A stretch of 64,000 bases of DNA from Gammaproteobacteria bacterium (GTDB lineage Bacteria > Pseudomonadota > Gammaproteobacteria > Magnimaribacterales > TMED112): NCBI GenBank assembly GCA_045563435.1, contig JBJLJD010000006.1, positions 12,390 through 76,389 of the forward strand. The letters run 5' to 3'. Of this stretch, positions 10,007 through 22,395 are shown in pieces (the stretch's first letter is position 1; each line of letters starts with the position of its first letter). The notes under the pieces are model-generated. The model was not told the DNA's origin. It did no database searches and was given only the letters and a program-made list of their open reading frames with translations. The position numbers were made by a program, and so were the translations under genes.

Positions 10007-11137
10007 TTAGCTCATTACCTTACCGCTTAAGTTTAAAAGTGTTTGTTCGTAAATTTTAGTTAATTTATTTAATTCTTCCTTTTCAATCTTTTCATCTATT
10101 TTATGAATTGTTTCAAATTTAGGTCCTATTTCAACAATCTCAGCGTCTGTTTCTGCTGCAAATCTACCGTCTGAGGTTCCTCCGCTGCAACTTATTTTTG
10201 GCTCTTTGCCCATGACTTTTTTTACTGCCTCACTCACTGAATCAGAGAGTAGATTTGGATTTGAATAAAATGGTTTAGCATTAGAATCAAAATTTATTTC
10301 ATACTTGATTTTATTTTCCTTTAAATAACTAACAATGGTTTTTTTAATTTTTTCATAGCTTGTTTTCGGGTTATGACGAATATTAATTTTTAAATTGAGT
10401 TCACCTGGAACAACATTATGTGTGCCTAACCCCCCATGTATGTCAGCAACTTGCAAGGAAGTTGCAGGAAAATATTCATCTCCTGAATCCCACTCGATTG
10501 AGTTTAGGAAATCAACTAATTTTGCAGCCTTATGAATAGGATTATCTACTTTATCTGGGTAAGCTGAGTGTCCTTGTTTGCCTATAATTTTTAAATCAAT
10601 ATTTACAGAGCCTCTCCTGCCAACTCTTATATTATCTGCAGTATTTTCAATAGAAGAGGGCTCACCAACAATACAGTAGTCAAAACTTTGTCCTCTATTT
10701 ACCAATTCTTTTATAACCATCTTTGTCCCATTTTTGGCGGGACCTTCTTCATCAGATGTTAGTAATACTGCTAAGGAGTATTTGAGCTTTTCTAGGTCAG
10801 TATTCTTGAGAGCAGCAAGAAAAGCAGCAACTCCTCCTTTCATATCACAAGCCCCTCTACCATGAATAAATTTTTCATCTTCTACTGCTGCAAAAGGATC
10901 ATGAGTCCATAATTTTTCTGGTCCAGTTGGCACAACATCAACATGTCCTAAGAAAAATAATAATGGGCCCCCATTATCGTATACGCTCCAAATATTATCT
11001 ACGTCCTCAAAGGGCATGAATTCATTTTGGAATCCTAATTTCTCTAGGTAATCAGCAGTAAACTTTAAACATCCACCATCAGAGGGAGTAATTGATTTTC
11101 TTGAAATCAATTCTTTGGCTAATTCTATTTCTAACAT
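10007..11137 (-). CDS. dapE: succinyl-diaminopimelate desuccinylase
   Basis: M20 peptidase motifs (GHVDVVP, GRGACDMKGG, SDEEG) are present and the gene is adjacent to dapD. Confidence 0.9.
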   Translation of the reverse strand: MLEIELAKELISRKSITPSDGGCLKFTADYLEKLGFQNEFMPFEDVDNIWSVYDNGGPLLFFLGHVDVVPTGPEKLWTHDPFAAVEDEKFIHGRGACDMKGGVAAFLAALKNTDLEKLKYSLAVLLTSDEEGPAKNGTKMVIKELVNRGQSFDYCIVGEPSSIENTADNIRVGRRGSVNIDLKIIGKQGHSAYPDKVDNPIHKAAKLVDFLNSIEWDSGDEYFPATSLQVADIHGGLGTHNVVPGELNLKINIRHNPKTSYEKIKKTIVSYLKENKIKYEINFDSNAKPFYSNPNLLSDSVSEAVKKVMGKEPKISCSGGTSDGRFAAETDAEIVEIGPKFETIHKIDEKIEKEELNKLTKIYEQTLLNLSGKVMS

Positions 11138-12021
11138 TAGTTATTATCGTGAAGTGTATTATTCAATTTAAATTTCTTTTTATTTGATTTTGCGCAAACC
11201 TTTCCTGTCACTGAATCTCTGAAAAATAAGATGTTATTTTTTCCACTAAGTTCAATAGCTTTTACAATTTTTTCTTCTTCCACTAAAGTAATTTTCATCC
11301 CTGAAGTGATATATAGTCCGGCTTCAACAATACAATCATCTCCAAGAGAAATTCCTATTCCTGCATTGGCACCAAGAAGACATCTTTGGCCGATTGAAAT
11401 TTTTTCTTCATTTCCACCTGAAAGCGTGCCCATGGTTGAAGAGCCACCCCCTAGATCAGAGTCTCTACCGACAAACACTCCAGATGATATCCTGCCTTCA
11501 ATCATATTTGGCCCCTCAGTACCAGCATTAAAATTTATGAATCCCTCATGCATCACTGTTGTGCCAGCACCAAGATATGCTCCTAATCTGACTCGTGATG
11601 TATCAGCTATTCTTACATTTTCCGGCATAACATGATCTGTCATTCTTGGAAATTTATCTATTGAGTCGATCATTCTGAATCCATCCTTTATTCTATGAGC
11701 AATTCCTTCAATCCACATAAGATTTGGTAAAACCTCAAATATATTTTCTAAATTAAGTTCATTTGGTTTGTATAAGCGCCAAGAAAGTAAGTGCAATTTC
11801 AAGTAAGCTGTTGGCATATCTTCTACAGGTACATCCTGAATAAAATGTACGTCGAGATTAGTACTCCATTTTTCCTCTTTATTTTTATTTGGCATCTGAT
11901 CAAAAGTGAAAGAATTATTTTTCTCCATTGACTTAGAAAGCCCCTCTTTGGAGAAATAAATCTGAAGAAAACCTTCAGAATCCATCAATGCTTGTCCAGA
12001 TGCTTTTATAGGTAATTTCAT
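11137..12021 (-). CDS. dapD: tetrahydrodipicolinate N-succinyltransferase (long, Pseudomonas-type)
   Basis: The C-terminal half is left-handed beta-helix hexapeptide repeats (GAYLGAGTTVMHEGFINFNAGT..., GANAGIGISLGDDCIVEAG). It is adjacent to dapE and map. Confidence 0.8.
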   Translation of the reverse strand: MKLPIKASGQALMDSEGFLQIYFSKEGLSKSMEKNNSFTFDQMPNKNKEEKWSTNLDVHFIQDVPVEDMPTAYLKLHLLSWRLYKPNELNLENIFEVLPNLMWIEGIAHRIKDGFRMIDSIDKFPRMTDHVMPENVRIADTSRVRLGAYLGAGTTVMHEGFINFNAGTEGPNMIEGRISSGVFVGRDSDLGGGSSTMGTLSGGNEEKISIGQRCLLGANAGIGISLGDDCIVEAGLYITSGMKITLVEEEKIVKAIELSGKNNILFFRDSVTGKVCAKSNKKKFKLNNTLHDNN

Positions 12022-12788
12022 TATTTTTCTTCTTCTCTTAATGTAAGAATTTCATAACCTTGTTCTGTTATGGCTATAGTGTGTTCCCATTGTGCTGACA
12101 ACTTTCCGTCCTCTGTAACAACCGTCCACCCATCTTTCAATAATTTTGTTTTATGAGAGCCTAAATTAATCATTGGTTCAATGGTAAAAACCATACCTTC
12201 TTCAAGTTTTATACCTTCTCCTTTATTTCCAAAGTGAGTAATTTGAGGATCTTCATGATAAATCTTACCAATTCCGTGACCGCAGTAATTTTTAACAACT
12301 GAGTAGTGGTTTTTCTCCGCATGCGTCTGAATTGCGTATCCAATATCTCCAGTGAAAGCCCCAGGCATGCATACTTCTATTCCTTTAAACATGCATTCTC
12401 TTGTAATATCTACAAGTCTCTTTACGTGTGGTTGTGACTTGCCAATTAAAAACATTTTTGAAGTGTCACCATGCCAGCCATCGACTATAACGGTAATATC
12501 AATATTGACAATATCTCCGTCTTTGAGAATCTCTTTATCAGACGGAATTCCATGACAAATGACGTCATTTATCGAAGTACAAAGTGTTTTGGGATAATCG
12601 TTATATCCAACGTTCGCAGGAATGCATTTTAATTCTTCTGTTATATATTTATATGCAAGACTATCAATTTCTTCGGTACTAATTCCAACTTGCACAAAAT
12701 CATCTAAATACTCCAAAACTTTTGCGGCATAATTGCCAGCAATTTTCATTTTTTCAATGTCATTTTTACTTTTTAGAGAAATAGACAT
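12021..12788 (-). CDS. map: methionine aminopeptidase type I
   Basis: VCHGIP, DIVNIDITV, GHGIG and EPM motifs of M24A are present. Confidence 0.95.
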   Translation of the reverse strand: MSISLKSKNDIEKMKIAGNYAAKVLEYLDDFVQVGISTEEIDSLAYKYITEELKCIPANVGYNDYPKTLCTSINDVICHGIPSDKEILKDGDIVNIDITVIVDGWHGDTSKMFLIGKSQPHVKRLVDITRECMFKGIEVCMPGAFTGDIGYAIQTHAEKNHYSVVKNYCGHGIGKIYHEDPQITHFGNKGEGIKLEEGMVFTIEPMINLGSHKTKLLKDGWTVVTEDGKLSAQWEHTIAITEQGYEILTLREEEK

Positions 12789-12850
12789 ACTTGATATTCT
12801 AATTGAACTATAAATTATCTAATAACTTTTCTATAGTATCTGATAGCAAG

Positions 12851-13942
12851 ATGAACTTTCCAGCTAAACTCCTTCTAGAAGATGAAACAATTTTCGAAGG
12901 AGAAGGCTTTGGATGTGAAACATTAGGTGTTGGTGAAGTTGTATTCAATACCGCAATGACGGGTTATCAAGAAATAATTACCGATCCATCTTACGATGGT
13001 CAGATGATCACATTCACCTACCCTCATATAGGTAATACCGGAATAAACTCTGTAGATTACGAGTCTAAAAAGATTTTTGCTCGAGGATTGATTGTAAGAG
13101 ATTTTTGCACCTTCCCGAGCAATTGGCGCTCTGAACAAAGTTTAGATGATTACCTTAAATTAAATAAAACTATATGCATTTCCAATATCGATACACGGTT
13201 TTTAACAAAAAAAATAAGAGATGAGGGTTGCAAGGTTGGAGTAATATACCCATCAGAAAAAATAACTGATATAGAGGCTATGATACAAATCAAAGGTTTC
13301 GGTTCAATATCTGATAAAAATCTTATAAAAAATGTAGCGACAACTTCAAAATTTACTACTGGAGAGAAAAAAAATAAGGCACAGAAAAAAATTGCTGCAG
13401 TGGATTTTGGAGTAAAAGAAAATATTCTGAGAATTTTTAAAGATATGGGAGCAGTAATAGAAGTTTTTCCTCCTGACTGCACCGCTCTTGAAGTTGTAAA
13501 TTCAAAACCTGATGGAATATTCTTTTCTAATGGGCCAGGAGATCCAGAGGTTTTGTCTCATGCTGTATCCCAAATAAAGCTTTTAATGGAGGAAAATATT
13601 CCAATATTTGGAATATGTCTTGGACATCAATTAATGTCCCTTGCATATGGCTTAAAAATTATGAAAATGCCATTCGGACATCACGGTGCAAATCATCCGG
13701 TACATGACTTAGAGACTAACGAGGTATTTATCACATCTCAAAACCATAACTTTGCTGTACAAGAACCAATTAATAATGACACTATTAAAATTACTCATAA
13801 GTCACTATTTGATAATACTATTCAAGGATTAGCTCATAAAGAAAAACCATTTTATTCAATTCAATGTCATCCTGAAGCAAGTCCTGGACCAAAAGAATTT
13901 GAAGTGTTATTTAAAAAATTTTTTAAGGAAATGAATGCCTAA
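12851..13942 (+). CDS. carA: carbamoyl-phosphate synthase small (glutaminase) subunit
   Basis: [17 protein letters not shown] (catalytic Cys) and HPEASPGP are present. I moved the start to ATG 12851 ([12 protein letters not shown]...). The track start at 12803 is a TTG with a non-conserved extension. Confidence 0.93.
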   Translation: MNFPAKLLLEDETIFEGEGFGCETLGVGEVVFNTAMTGYQEIITDPSYDGQMITFTYPHIGNTGINSVDYESKKIFARGLIVRDFCTFPSNWRSEQSLDDYLKLNKTICISNIDTRFLTKKIRDEGCKVGVIYPSEKITDIEAMIQIKGFGSISDKNLIKNVATTSKFTTGEKKNKAQKKIAAVDFGVKENILRIFKDMGAVIEVFPPDCTALEVVNSKPDGIFFSNGPGDPEVLSHAVSQIKLLMEENIPIFGICLGHQLMSLAYGLKIMKMPFGHHGANHPVHDLETNEVFITSQNHNFAVQEPINNDTIKITHKSLFDNTIQGLAHKEKPFYSIQCHPEASPGPKEFEVLFKKFFKEMNA

Positions 13943-16900
13943 AAGAGATGATATTAAGACAATATTGATCGTAGGCTCAGGCCCAATAATTATTGGTCAG
14001 GCTTGTGAGTTTGACTATTCAGGAACTCAAGCTTGTAAGGCACTTCGTGAACATGGTTATAGGGTTGTTTTGGTAAATTCTAATCCTGCAACAATTATGA
14101 CTGATCCCGAGATTGCTGACGCAACTTATATAGAGCCTGTTAACTGGAAAACTTTAGAAAAAATTATTGCCAAAGAAAAGCCTGATGCAATATTGCCTAC
14201 TATGGGAGGACAGACAGGATTAAATGTTTCTTTAGATCTTGCTACCAAAGGAATATTAAAAAAATATTCAGTTGAAATGATAGGAGCTAATCAACATGCC
14301 ATTGATAACGCTGAGGATAGAGAAAAATTTGATACTTGCATGAAAGAACTCGGGTTAGAAACACCAAAATCAGGATTTGCACACTCTATGGACGATGCAT
14401 GGAAAATACAAAAAGAGATTGGATTGCCGTGTGTTATTAGGCCTTCCTTTACTCTTGGTGGAACAGGAGGAGGAATAGCCTATAACTTTAAGGAATTTGA
14501 AGAAATATGTTTAAACGGCTTAAAGCTTTCTCCAACTAATGAACTTTTAATAGACGAATCCCTTGTGGGATGGAAAGAATTTGAGATGGAAGTTGTGAGG
14601 GATAAAAATGATAACTGCATAATTGTATGCTCTATCGAAAATATTGACCCAATGGGAGTGCATACTGGAGATTCAATTACAGTTGCGCCCGCCCAAACTC
14701 TTACAGATAAAGAGTACCAGAAAATGAGAGATGCGTCTTTTAAGATTTTAAGAAAAATAGGGGTTGAAACTGGTGGCTCAAATGTTCAATTTGCAATAAA
14801 TCCAGAGGATGGGCGAATGGTTGTTATTGAAATGAACCCACGGGTTAGTCGTTCGTCAGCATTAGCCTCAAAAGCTACAGGGTTTCCTATTGCAAAAATA
14901 GCAGCTCTTTTAGCTGTTGGTTACACTTTAGATGAGCTAAAAAATGATATTACAAATGGTAAAACCCCAGCATCATTTGAACCTTCAATTGATTACGTTG
15001 TAACAAAAATTCCAAGATTTAATTTTGAAAAGTTTCCGGAAACAGACCCTAGACTAACAACGCAGATGAAGTCAGTTGGAGAGGTAATGGCAATTGGTAG
15101 AAATTTTCAAGAGTCATTTCAAAAAGCTATAAGGTCTATGGAAAACGGTCTTATGGGTTTAGAAACTGTTCTGAAGAATACAGAGGGAAATGGCTCGTTA
15201 AAGCTAGAGTTAACAACACCTGGCGAGAGAAGACTTTGGTACATTGCTGATGCTTTCAGAAGAGGTTGGAAAATGGAAGAAATATTTGAATCATGCGGTG
15301 TTGACCCATGGTTTTTATATCAGATAAAAGATTTAGTTCTTGATGAAACAGAATTAAAAGAAAGCAAAATTGAAGATCTAAATAAAAAAGAGTTGTTAAA
15401 ACTTAAAAGAAAAGGTTTTTCTGATAAAAGAATAGCTGATTTATTAAATGTTAATGAGGTAGAAATTAGAGACTTAAGGGCAGCTCATCAAGTTCATCCG
15501 ACTTTTAAAAGAGTTGATTCATGTGCTGCAGAATTTGAAAGTTCAACTAACTATTTATATTCAACTTATGACTTTGAGAATGAATCCACTCAATCAAAAA
15601 ATAAGAAAATAATAGTTTTAGGAAGCGGCCCTAATCGTATTGGACAAGGCATTGAATTTGATTATTGTTGTGTGCAAGCTGCATTAGCTTTCAGAGAAGA
15701 GGGTATTGAAACAATAATGATTAATTCAAATCCTGAGACTGTGTCAACAGATTTTGATGTATCGGATAAATTGTACTTCGAACCTATAGTAAGTGAGGAC
15801 GTTCTAGAAATTATTAGACATGAAAATCCTGAGGGAGTTGTGGTTCAATTTGGGGGTCAAACACCACTTAAACTCACAGATGAGTTGCAAAAAAATGGTA
15901 TAAAAATTTTAGGCACTCCTCCAGAATCAATAGATATTGCGGAGAATAGAGAAAAATTTAAAGCTTTTTTATCAGACTTTAATTTTTTACAACCTGAAAA
16001 TGCTGCTGCTAAAAATGAATCTGAGGTTTTTCAGTCAATAGAAGATCTTGGCTATCCAGTCATAGTAAGGCCTTCTTATGTTTTAGGGGGAAGAGCAATG
16101 GAACTTATAGCTACAGAAAATGATTTAAGAAATTACCTTAAAACAATGGTTGAAATTTCTTCTGAGAATCCATTGCTAATTGAAAAGTTTTTAGATGATG
16201 CTCTTGAATTAGATATCGATGTTGTATGCGATGGTGAAAAGGTTTTAGTTGGTGGAATACTGCAACATATCGAAGAGGCTGGTATTCACTCTGGAGATTC
16301 AGCGTGTTCTTTCCCCCCTTATAGTGTGGGCGATGATCAATTACAGGTTTTAAAAAAAGAAATTAAAGCTATTGCAAGAAAGTTAAATGTTGTGGGCCTT
16401 ATGAACGCCCAGGTTGCAATTAAGAATAATAATCTTTATATGATTGAGGTTAATCCAAGAGCTTCAAGAACAATACCATTTTTGTCAAAGTGTATAGGCA
16501 TTTCTCTAGCAAAAATTGCTTCAAAAGTTATAGCTGGTAAGTCATTAAAAGACTTAGGTATTACTTCTGAAATTCTACCAACAAGTTATGCAGTGAAGGC
16601 ACCAGTCTTTCCATTTAATAAATTTAGAAAAGTTGATCCTATTCTTGGGCCTGAAATGAAATCTACTGGAGAAGTTATGGGAAGAGGTAAAACTTTTGGA
16701 GAAGCATTTGGAAAATCAATGATGGGAGCTGGACAGTTAATTCCCACTAAGGGTAACGTTTTTATAAGCGTTAAGGATGAAGATAAGTCACAATTAAAAA
16801 CACTTTGTATAAAATTAAAAGATCTAGGATTCAGCTTTGTTGCAACAAAAGGAACAGGATTGAAAATGAAAGAAGAGGGTTTTGAAGTTAAAATAATAAA

Positions 16901-17135
16901 TAAGGTAATGGAAGGAAGGCCGCATATTGTTGATGCAATATTAAATAATGAGGTATCTATGGTTATAAATACTACTGAGGGTCGACAGTCTATAAAAGAC
17001 TCTTATTCAATAAGAAGGTCTGCTTTAGAACATAATGTATTTCTTACAACAACAATTTCAGGAGGTTTCGCAATTGTTGAGTCTCTAGAACAGGGGGAGA
17101 AAGTTTGGTCATATGACTCTCTTCAAAATTCATAG
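13935..17135 (+). CDS. carB: carbamoyl-phosphate synthase large subunit
   Basis: A 1066-aa protein with duplicated ATP-grasp halves ([15 protein letters not shown] and [13 protein letters not shown]) and a C-terminal MGS-like domain. Confidence 0.97.
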   Translation: MPKRDDIKTILIVGSGPIIIGQACEFDYSGTQACKALREHGYRVVLVNSNPATIMTDPEIADATYIEPVNWKTLEKIIAKEKPDAILPTMGGQTGLNVSLDLATKGILKKYSVEMIGANQHAIDNAEDREKFDTCMKELGLETPKSGFAHSMDDAWKIQKEIGLPCVIRPSFTLGGTGGGIAYNFKEFEEICLNGLKLSPTNELLIDESLVGWKEFEMEVVRDKNDNCIIVCSIENIDPMGVHTGDSITVAPAQTLTDKEYQKMRDASFKILRKIGVETGGSNVQFAINPEDGRMVVIEMNPRVSRSSALASKATGFPIAKIAALLAVGYTLDELKNDITNGKTPASFEPSIDYVVTKIPRFNFEKFPETDPRLTTQMKSVGEVMAIGRNFQESFQKAIRSMENGLMGLETVLKNTEGNGSLKLELTTPGERRLWYIADAFRRGWKMEEIFESCGVDPWFLYQIKDLVLDETELKESKIEDLNKKELLKLKRKGFSDKRIADLLNVNEVEIRDLRAAHQVHPTFKRVDSCAAEFESSTNYLYSTYDFENESTQSKNKKIIVLGSGPNRIGQGIEFDYCCVQAALAFREEGIETIMINSNPETVSTDFDVSDKLYFEPIVSEDVLEIIRHENPEGVVVQFGGQTPLKLTDELQKNGIKILGTPPESIDIAENREKFKAFLSDFNFLQPENAAAKNESEVFQSIEDLGYPVIVRPSYVLGGRAMELIATENDLRNYLKTMVEISSENPLLIEKFLDDALELDIDVVCDGEKVLVGGILQHIEEAGIHSGDSACSFPPYSVGDDQLQVLKKEIKAIARKLNVVGLMNAQVAIKNNNLYMIEVNPRASRTIPFLSKCIGISLAKIASKVIAGKSLKDLGITSEILPTSYAVKAPVFPFNKFRKVDPILGPEMKSTGEVMGRGKTFGEAFGKSMMGAGQLIPTKGNVFISVKDEDKSQLKTLCIKLKDLGFSFVATKGTGLKMKEEGFEVKIINKVMEGRPHIVDAILNNEVSMVINTTEGRQSIKDSYSIRRSALEHNVFLTTTISGGFAIVESLEQGEKVWSYDSLQNS

Positions 17136-17137
17136 CT

Positions 17138-17614
17138 ATGGATAAGAAACCTATTACTCCCGAAGGCCATAAAAGGCTCAAGGATGAACTTGATTACATT
17201 AAAAATATTAAACGGCAGGACATCATAGATGCAATTTCAGAGGCAAGAGCTCATGGAGATTTAAAAGAAAATGCTGAATATCATGCTGCTAGGGAAGAGC
17301 AAGGGTTGAATGAGGCAAGAATTAGAGAAATTGAAGAAGCCTTATCTCTTTCAACAGTAATCGAGTACAAAGATTTAGGGAATGAAAATATAGTAAAGTT
17401 TGGAAGCCTTGTAACTATACTTGATCTAGATTCATCTGAAAAAAAAACATATCAGATTGTTGGTGAGTTTGAAGCTGATATTGATAACAATACAATTTCA
17501 ATTACAACACCAATAGGTAAAGCTCTGCTTAAGAAAGAGACTGGTGATATAGTCGAAGTTAATACACCAAGTGGATTAAAAGAATTTGAAATACTTGAAA
17601 TCAAAATAAGTTGA
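17138..17614 (+). CDS. greA: transcription elongation factor GreA
   Basis: AHGDLKENAEYHAAREEQ motif, 158 aa. carAB-greA adjacency matches Pseudomonas. Confidence 0.95.
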   Translation: MDKKPITPEGHKRLKDELDYIKNIKRQDIIDAISEARAHGDLKENAEYHAAREEQGLNEARIREIEEALSLSTVIEYKDLGNENIVKFGSLVTILDLDSSEKKTYQIVGEFEADIDNNTISITTPIGKALLKKETGDIVEVNTPSGLKEFEILEIKIS

Positions 17615-18189
17615 AAGATTTTTCAGATAATTGGGCAGAAAAAGCCAAAAGACTTGGCTATAGATCTAGGGCAAGCTTCAAACTCGAGCAAATTGAAAAC
17701 AAGTACAAAATTATTTCCAGATCAGATTTAATTTTTGAACTTGGCTCAGCACCAGGAGGGTGGTCGCAGATAGTATCGAAATATATGATTAAACAATCAA
17801 AATGTTTTTCTTTTGACCTTCTTTCGATGAATGAGGTTAAAAATATTTCTTTTTTTAAACAAGATATAAATTCAATTGAATTTAACTTATTAGCAAAAAA
17901 TTATTTTAACGAAGTTGATTTAGTTTTAAGTGATATGTCTGTAAATTTGTCTGGAATTAATGTAAAAGATGAAGAGGAGAACAAAGAATTGAACTATTCC
18001 ACCATTAATCTATCAAAAAAGTTACTAAAAAGAGGAGGAAATTTATTAATGAAGACTTTTAATAATCGGAATCTTCCTGAAATAAAAAGTCTTTTTAAGG
18101 ATTTATTTAATAAAGTTGTTGCAGAAAAGCCACCTGCCTCAAAAACTTCTTCAAAAGAGGTTTATTTGTTAGGATTAGACCTTAAATAA
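17611..18189 (+). CDS. rlmE: 23S rRNA 2'-O-ribose U2552 methyltransferase
   Basis: RSRASFKL and [14 protein letters not shown]-binding motifs are present. It lies immediately upstream of ftsH as in most Gammaproteobacteria. TTG start overlaps the greA stop. Confidence 0.88.
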   Translation: MKDFSDNWAEKAKRLGYRSRASFKLEQIENKYKIISRSDLIFELGSAPGGWSQIVSKYMIKQSKCFSFDLLSMNEVKNISFFKQDINSIEFNLLAKNYFNEVDLVLSDMSVNLSGINVKDEEENKELNYSTINLSKKLLKRGGNLLMKTFNNRNLPEIKSLFKDLFNKVVAEKPPASKTSSKEVYLLGLDLK

Positions 18190-18194
18190 AAATT

Positions 18195-20102
18195 ATGAAA
18201 AATTTGGGGAAAAACATCTTTTTTTGGCTAATAGTCGGAAGCCTAGCTTTCATGCTATTGGAGAATTATCAAATGGGAACTTCGAAAGAAGAACTTTCAT
18301 TTACTGAATTTAAAAATGAAGTCAAAGCAAAAAAAGTTAAATCTATAGTTTACAAGAAAGACAGAGAGACAATTGAAGGAGAGAGATTAAATGGAACAAA
18401 ATTTACCACTAATGCTCCGGTTTACTTAATTGACGATGACCTTCGATTGAGTATTAAAGAGGCAGATGTTTCAGAGACTGTTGAAAAAGTAGAACAGCCA
18501 AAGTGGTGGACACAATTACTTGTAGGAGCTTTTCCTCTGCTCTTATTACTGGGTATTTTCTTTTTATTTATGAGACAAATGCAAGGAGGTGTTGGAGGTA
18601 AAGGTGGTCCAATGACTTTTGGTAGAAGCAAAGCTAAGTTACTGGATGGCGGACACGTAAAAACAAATTTTTCAGATGTCGCAGGATGCGAAGAAGCAAA
18701 AGACGATGTAAAAGAACTTGTCGATTTCCTTAAAGACCCAGCTAAATTTATAAAGGTTGGAGGAAAAATACCTAGAGGTATCCTTATGGTAGGTCCTCCC
18801 GGGACAGGTAAAACTCTATTAGCTAGAGCTGTTGCTGGTGAAGCAAAAGTCCCATTTTTTACCATTTCAGGTTCTGATTTCGTTGAAATGTTTGTCGGAG
18901 TTGGAGCTTCAAGAGTGAGAGATATGTTTGAGCAAGCAAAAAAACATTCTCCGTGCATAGTTTTTATAGATGAAATAGATGCGGTAGGTAGACACAGAGG
19001 TGCAGGACTTGGAGGTGGACATGATGAAAGAGAGCAAACCTTAAATCAACTTTTGGTTGAAATGGATGGGTTTGAAGAAAATCTTGGAGTAATTGTAATT
19101 GCCGCTACCAACAGACCAGATGTTTTAGATCCAGCACTTTTACGACCAGGAAGATTTGATCGTCAGGTAATGGTTGGATTGCCAGATATTAAAGGTAGAG
19201 AGCAAATCTTAAATGTACACCTTAAAAAAGTCCCAATTGATAAAACTGTAAATTCTGAAGTAATCGCACGGGGAACTCCAGGTTTTTCTGGAGCAGATTT
19301 AGCCAATTTAGTAAATGAGGCTGCATTACTAGCCGCAAGGAATAATGTAAGAAAAGTAAGCCAATCTGAGCTTGATTACGCTAAAGATAAAATAATGATG
19401 GGTGCTGAAAGAAAATCAATGATTCTTAACGACGAAACTAAAAGAATCACAGCTTATCACGAGGCTGGACATGCAATAGTGGGTCTAAATCTCCCAGATC
19501 ACGATCCAGTTTACAAAGTCACCATTATTCCTAGAGGAGGTGCTCTTGGTGTGACAATGTTTCTTCCAGAGGAAGATATTTATATGAAATCTAAGAAAGC
19601 AATTTTAAGTCAAATAACTACACTTTTCGGAGGTAGAGTTGCAGAAGAAATAATCAATGGTAAAGAAGCAATTACAACTGGCGCATCAAATGATATTGAA
19701 AGAGCTAGTGAGCTGGCAAGAAACATGGTTACTAAATGGGGATTTTCTGAAGAGCTTGGTACTCTTAAATATGATGATGAGGATGAGAGTCCTTTTTTAG
19801 GGAGAACAGCAGCATCTAAGAAAAGAACTTTCTCAGATGAGACAGCACAAAAAATAGATTTTGAAGTACGATCAATCATACAGTCTTGCTATGAGAAAGC
19901 TGGAACTATTCTTTCAAAAAATCTTGATAAACTTCATAATATGGCAGATGCGCTGTTAAAATATGAAACTATAGATCAAGAGCAAATCTCAGATATAATG
20001 GTTGGAGCATTTCCAAGGGAGAAAAATGATGATGATCAAAAAGGAAAGGATAATAAAAAGATTAAAACATCTTCCAGCTCTAAACCCGTCCAAGACTCTT
20101 AA
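18195..20102 (+). CDS. ftsH: ATP-dependent zinc metalloprotease FtsH
   Basis: GPPGTGKT Walker A, the AAA SRH region and the HEAGH zinc site are present, with two N-terminal TM segments. Confidence 0.97.
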   Translation: MKNLGKNIFFWLIVGSLAFMLLENYQMGTSKEELSFTEFKNEVKAKKVKSIVYKKDRETIEGERLNGTKFTTNAPVYLIDDDLRLSIKEADVSETVEKVEQPKWWTQLLVGAFPLLLLLGIFFLFMRQMQGGVGGKGGPMTFGRSKAKLLDGGHVKTNFSDVAGCEEAKDDVKELVDFLKDPAKFIKVGGKIPRGILMVGPPGTGKTLLARAVAGEAKVPFFTISGSDFVEMFVGVGASRVRDMFEQAKKHSPCIVFIDEIDAVGRHRGAGLGGGHDEREQTLNQLLVEMDGFEENLGVIVIAATNRPDVLDPALLRPGRFDRQVMVGLPDIKGREQILNVHLKKVPIDKTVNSEVIARGTPGFSGADLANLVNEAALLAARNNVRKVSQSELDYAKDKIMMGAERKSMILNDETKRITAYHEAGHAIVGLNLPDHDPVYKVTIIPRGGALGVTMFLPEEDIYMKSKKAILSQITTLFGGRVAEEIINGKEAITTGASNDIERASELARNMVTKWGFSEELGTLKYDDEDESPFLGRTAASKKRTFSDETAQKIDFEVRSIIQSCYEKAGTILSKNLDKLHNMADALLKYETIDQEQISDIMVGAFPREKNDDDQKGKDNKKIKTSSSSKPVQDS

Positions 20103-20105
20103 GTC

Positions 20106-21419
20106 ATGAAATATGGAACTGATGGGTTCAGAGGCCCCGTCGACACACATGTAACTTCTGAATTTTGTCTCAAACTTGGCTTTCATACTGGCTGCTTATT
20201 AAGGGACAAAGGATACGAATCAGTAATTATTGGAAAGGATACAAGAGTTTCAGGCTATATGCTTGAGTCAGCTTTACAAGCAGGCTTTATTTCTGCAGGA
20301 ATTGACGTAAAACTTGCTGGACCTATTCCTACTCCAGCTGTATCTTTTTTAACATCAACTTATTCAGGACAATTTGGAGTAGTAATTAGCGCAAGTCACA
20401 ATCCTTTCCAAGACAATGGAATAAAGTTTTTTAACAGGCATGGACGAAAAATCTCTGAGGAATTTGAAAATTTAATTACAGAAAAACTTAATTTACCTAT
20501 CAAGCCTGTTACCGTATCAAATTTAGGAAAAGCCTTCAGAATTGATAGTGCAACGGGTAGATATATTGAATATTGTAAAAGTACATTAAGAGGAGCTTCA
20601 AATTTGAAAGGTACAACTATTCTAGTTGATGCTGCTCATGGTGCGAATTATAAAATTACACCGATGCTATTAGAGGAACTAGGTGCAAAAGTTATAAGAA
20701 TAAACTGTGAGCCTGATGGATTTAATATCAATGAGGCAAGTGCAGTTTTAGAAGAGGATAAGTTTAAAAAATATGCAAAAGAATATGAATTTGATTTCTG
20801 TGCAGCTGTGGACGGAGATGGTGATAGATTAGTTTTGTCCGATAACTCAGGAAACGTTTTCAATGGCGATGATGTTATTTACACAATAGCAAAAAGAAAT
20901 AAGTCGCAAGCTAAAGATAAGTCAGATGCTGTTGTTGGAACTGATATGACAAATCAGGGCATAGTTGAAGCTTTAAGTGAAATAGGCATCGAGTTTTTCA
21001 GAACAAAAGTTGGAGATAAGTATATTTCTCGCGAATTAGTAAGTAGAGATTTAAATCTTGGGGGAGAAACTTCAGGACATATTATCCAGAGAGAGTTTTC
21101 CGAAAGTGGTGATGCAAATATCGCTCTTATACAGTCTCTAGCAGCTTTAAAAGAACTTGAAACAACACTTAAAGACATTCAAAGCAAAATAGATTACAAG
21201 CCAAATATTTTAGAGTCCATTCAAGTTGTTGACCAAAATGTTATTGAAAATAAAGCATTCAAAGATTCTGTAAATTCAATCGAGAAGAAATTTCCTAGAT
21301 CAAGAATATCCGTAAGAAAATCTGGAACAGAAATTTTCAAAATAAGGGTTATGGTTGAGTCAAGCTCTGATGATGAGGTGAAAACTGTACTTCAAGAAAT
21401 AAAAAGTTTAGTTGTGTAA
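20106..21419 (+). CDS. glmM: phosphoglucosamine mutase
   Basis: YGTDGFRG start, SASHNP phosphoserine loop and DGDGDR metal loop are present. Confidence 0.93.
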   Translation: MKYGTDGFRGPVDTHVTSEFCLKLGFHTGCLLRDKGYESVIIGKDTRVSGYMLESALQAGFISAGIDVKLAGPIPTPAVSFLTSTYSGQFGVVISASHNPFQDNGIKFFNRHGRKISEEFENLITEKLNLPIKPVTVSNLGKAFRIDSATGRYIEYCKSTLRGASNLKGTTILVDAAHGANYKITPMLLEELGAKVIRINCEPDGFNINEASAVLEEDKFKKYAKEYEFDFCAAVDGDGDRLVLSDNSGNVFNGDDVIYTIAKRNKSQAKDKSDAVVGTDMTNQGIVEALSEIGIEFFRTKVGDKYISRELVSRDLNLGGETSGHIIQREFSESGDANIALIQSLAALKELETTLKDIQSKIDYKPNILESIQVVDQNVIENKAFKDSVNSIEKKFPRSRISVRKSGTEIFKIRVMVESSSDDEVKTVLQEIKSLVV

Positions 21420-22111
21420 TGTCAAAAATTATAATTGCCAATTTCAAAGCTAACGGTAGCAAAAAATTTTTTAATAATTGGCTTTCATATTTTAATAATA
21501 ATTTTCAAAATCAAATATTATTATCACCTCCATCAATATATTTAGATTTTTTTTCCGAAAAAAAAATTAATTTTGAGTTATGTTCTCAAAATGTTTGTGA
21601 GTTTGAAGAGGGCCCATTCACATCTCAACATACGGCTTCAATGCTTTTGGATTTAGGTGTAAAAAATTGCATTATAGGTCATTCAGAATCTAGATCGCTC
21701 CTTAAGGAGGAAGATCACCAAATATTTGAGAAATTTCAAAAATTAAATAATAAAAAAATTAGACCTATTATTTGCATTGGAGAGCCTTTGGAAATTAGAG
21801 AAAGTAATAAAGTTAGAGACTATATTAAAAACCAAACAGAAAAATTTCATGATTTTGAAGGAGAGATAATTTTTGGTTATGAACCATTATGGGCTATAGG
21901 ATCTGGAAGAGTGCCAAAATTAGATGAAATTAAAGAAGTGTCTAATACAATAAAAGAATTTTGTGGAGAGAATAAGAAAATTCTTTATGGTGGAAGTATA
22001 AACAGCACTAATTCTAGGGACATCCTGAAACTTAAAGAAATTGATGGTGCTTTGGTGGGCGGAGCTTCACTTAATCCAAAAGAATTTGATATGATAGCGC
22101 AGTCATGCTGA
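21419..22111 (+). CDS. tpiA: triosephosphate isomerase
   Basis: ANFKANG, GHSESR and YEPLWAIGSG motifs are present. The glmM-tpiA-secG order is conserved. Confidence 0.88.
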   Translation: MSKIIIANFKANGSKKFFNNWLSYFNNNFQNQILLSPPSIYLDFFSEKKINFELCSQNVCEFEEGPFTSQHTASMLLDLGVKNCIIGHSESRSLLKEEDHQIFEKFQKLNNKKIRPIICIGEPLEIRESNKVRDYIKNQTEKFHDFEGEIIFGYEPLWAIGSGRVPKLDEIKEVSNTIKEFCGENKKILYGGSINSTNSRDILKLKEIDGALVGGASLNPKEFDMIAQSC

Positions 22112-22392
22112 TAAAAATTATTTTAGTTATTCTAGGAGTGCTTATTGTTGCATCTGTTTTAATGCAACAAGGTAAGGGTTCTGATCTGGGGTCTGCCTTT
22201 GGTGGAGGAAGTTCAGATTCCTTATTTGGTCCATTAGGACCATCTAATTTTTTATCTCAGCTGACTTGGGGCTTAACAGCTTTATTCTTTATACTATGCT
22301 TGACTTTAGCATACCTTTCAAAGGAAGAACTCTCTCTAGATGTTCAAGACGAACAAATTGAGGAAGTTCAAGACGAACCACCAGTTGAGTAA
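22105..22392 (+). CDS. secG: preprotein translocase subunit SecG
   Basis: LMQQGKGSDLGSAFGGGSSDSLFG signature, two TM segments, 95 aa. Confidence 0.9.
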   Translation: MLIKIILVILGVLIVASVLMQQGKGSDLGSAFGGGSSDSLFGPLGPSNFLSQLTWGLTALFFILCLTLAYLSKEELSLDVQDEQIEEVQDEPPVE

Positions 22393-22395
22393 ATT

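Noticed and set aside
12802-12811. A third copy of the TTGAACTAT core, seen between map and carA and matching box 2 upstream of the small-protein pair.
   Set aside because: Only 9 nt match and the TCAT half is missing. A 9-mer of this composition is likely to recur by chance in AT-rich DNA. It cannot be evaluated without genome-wide counts.
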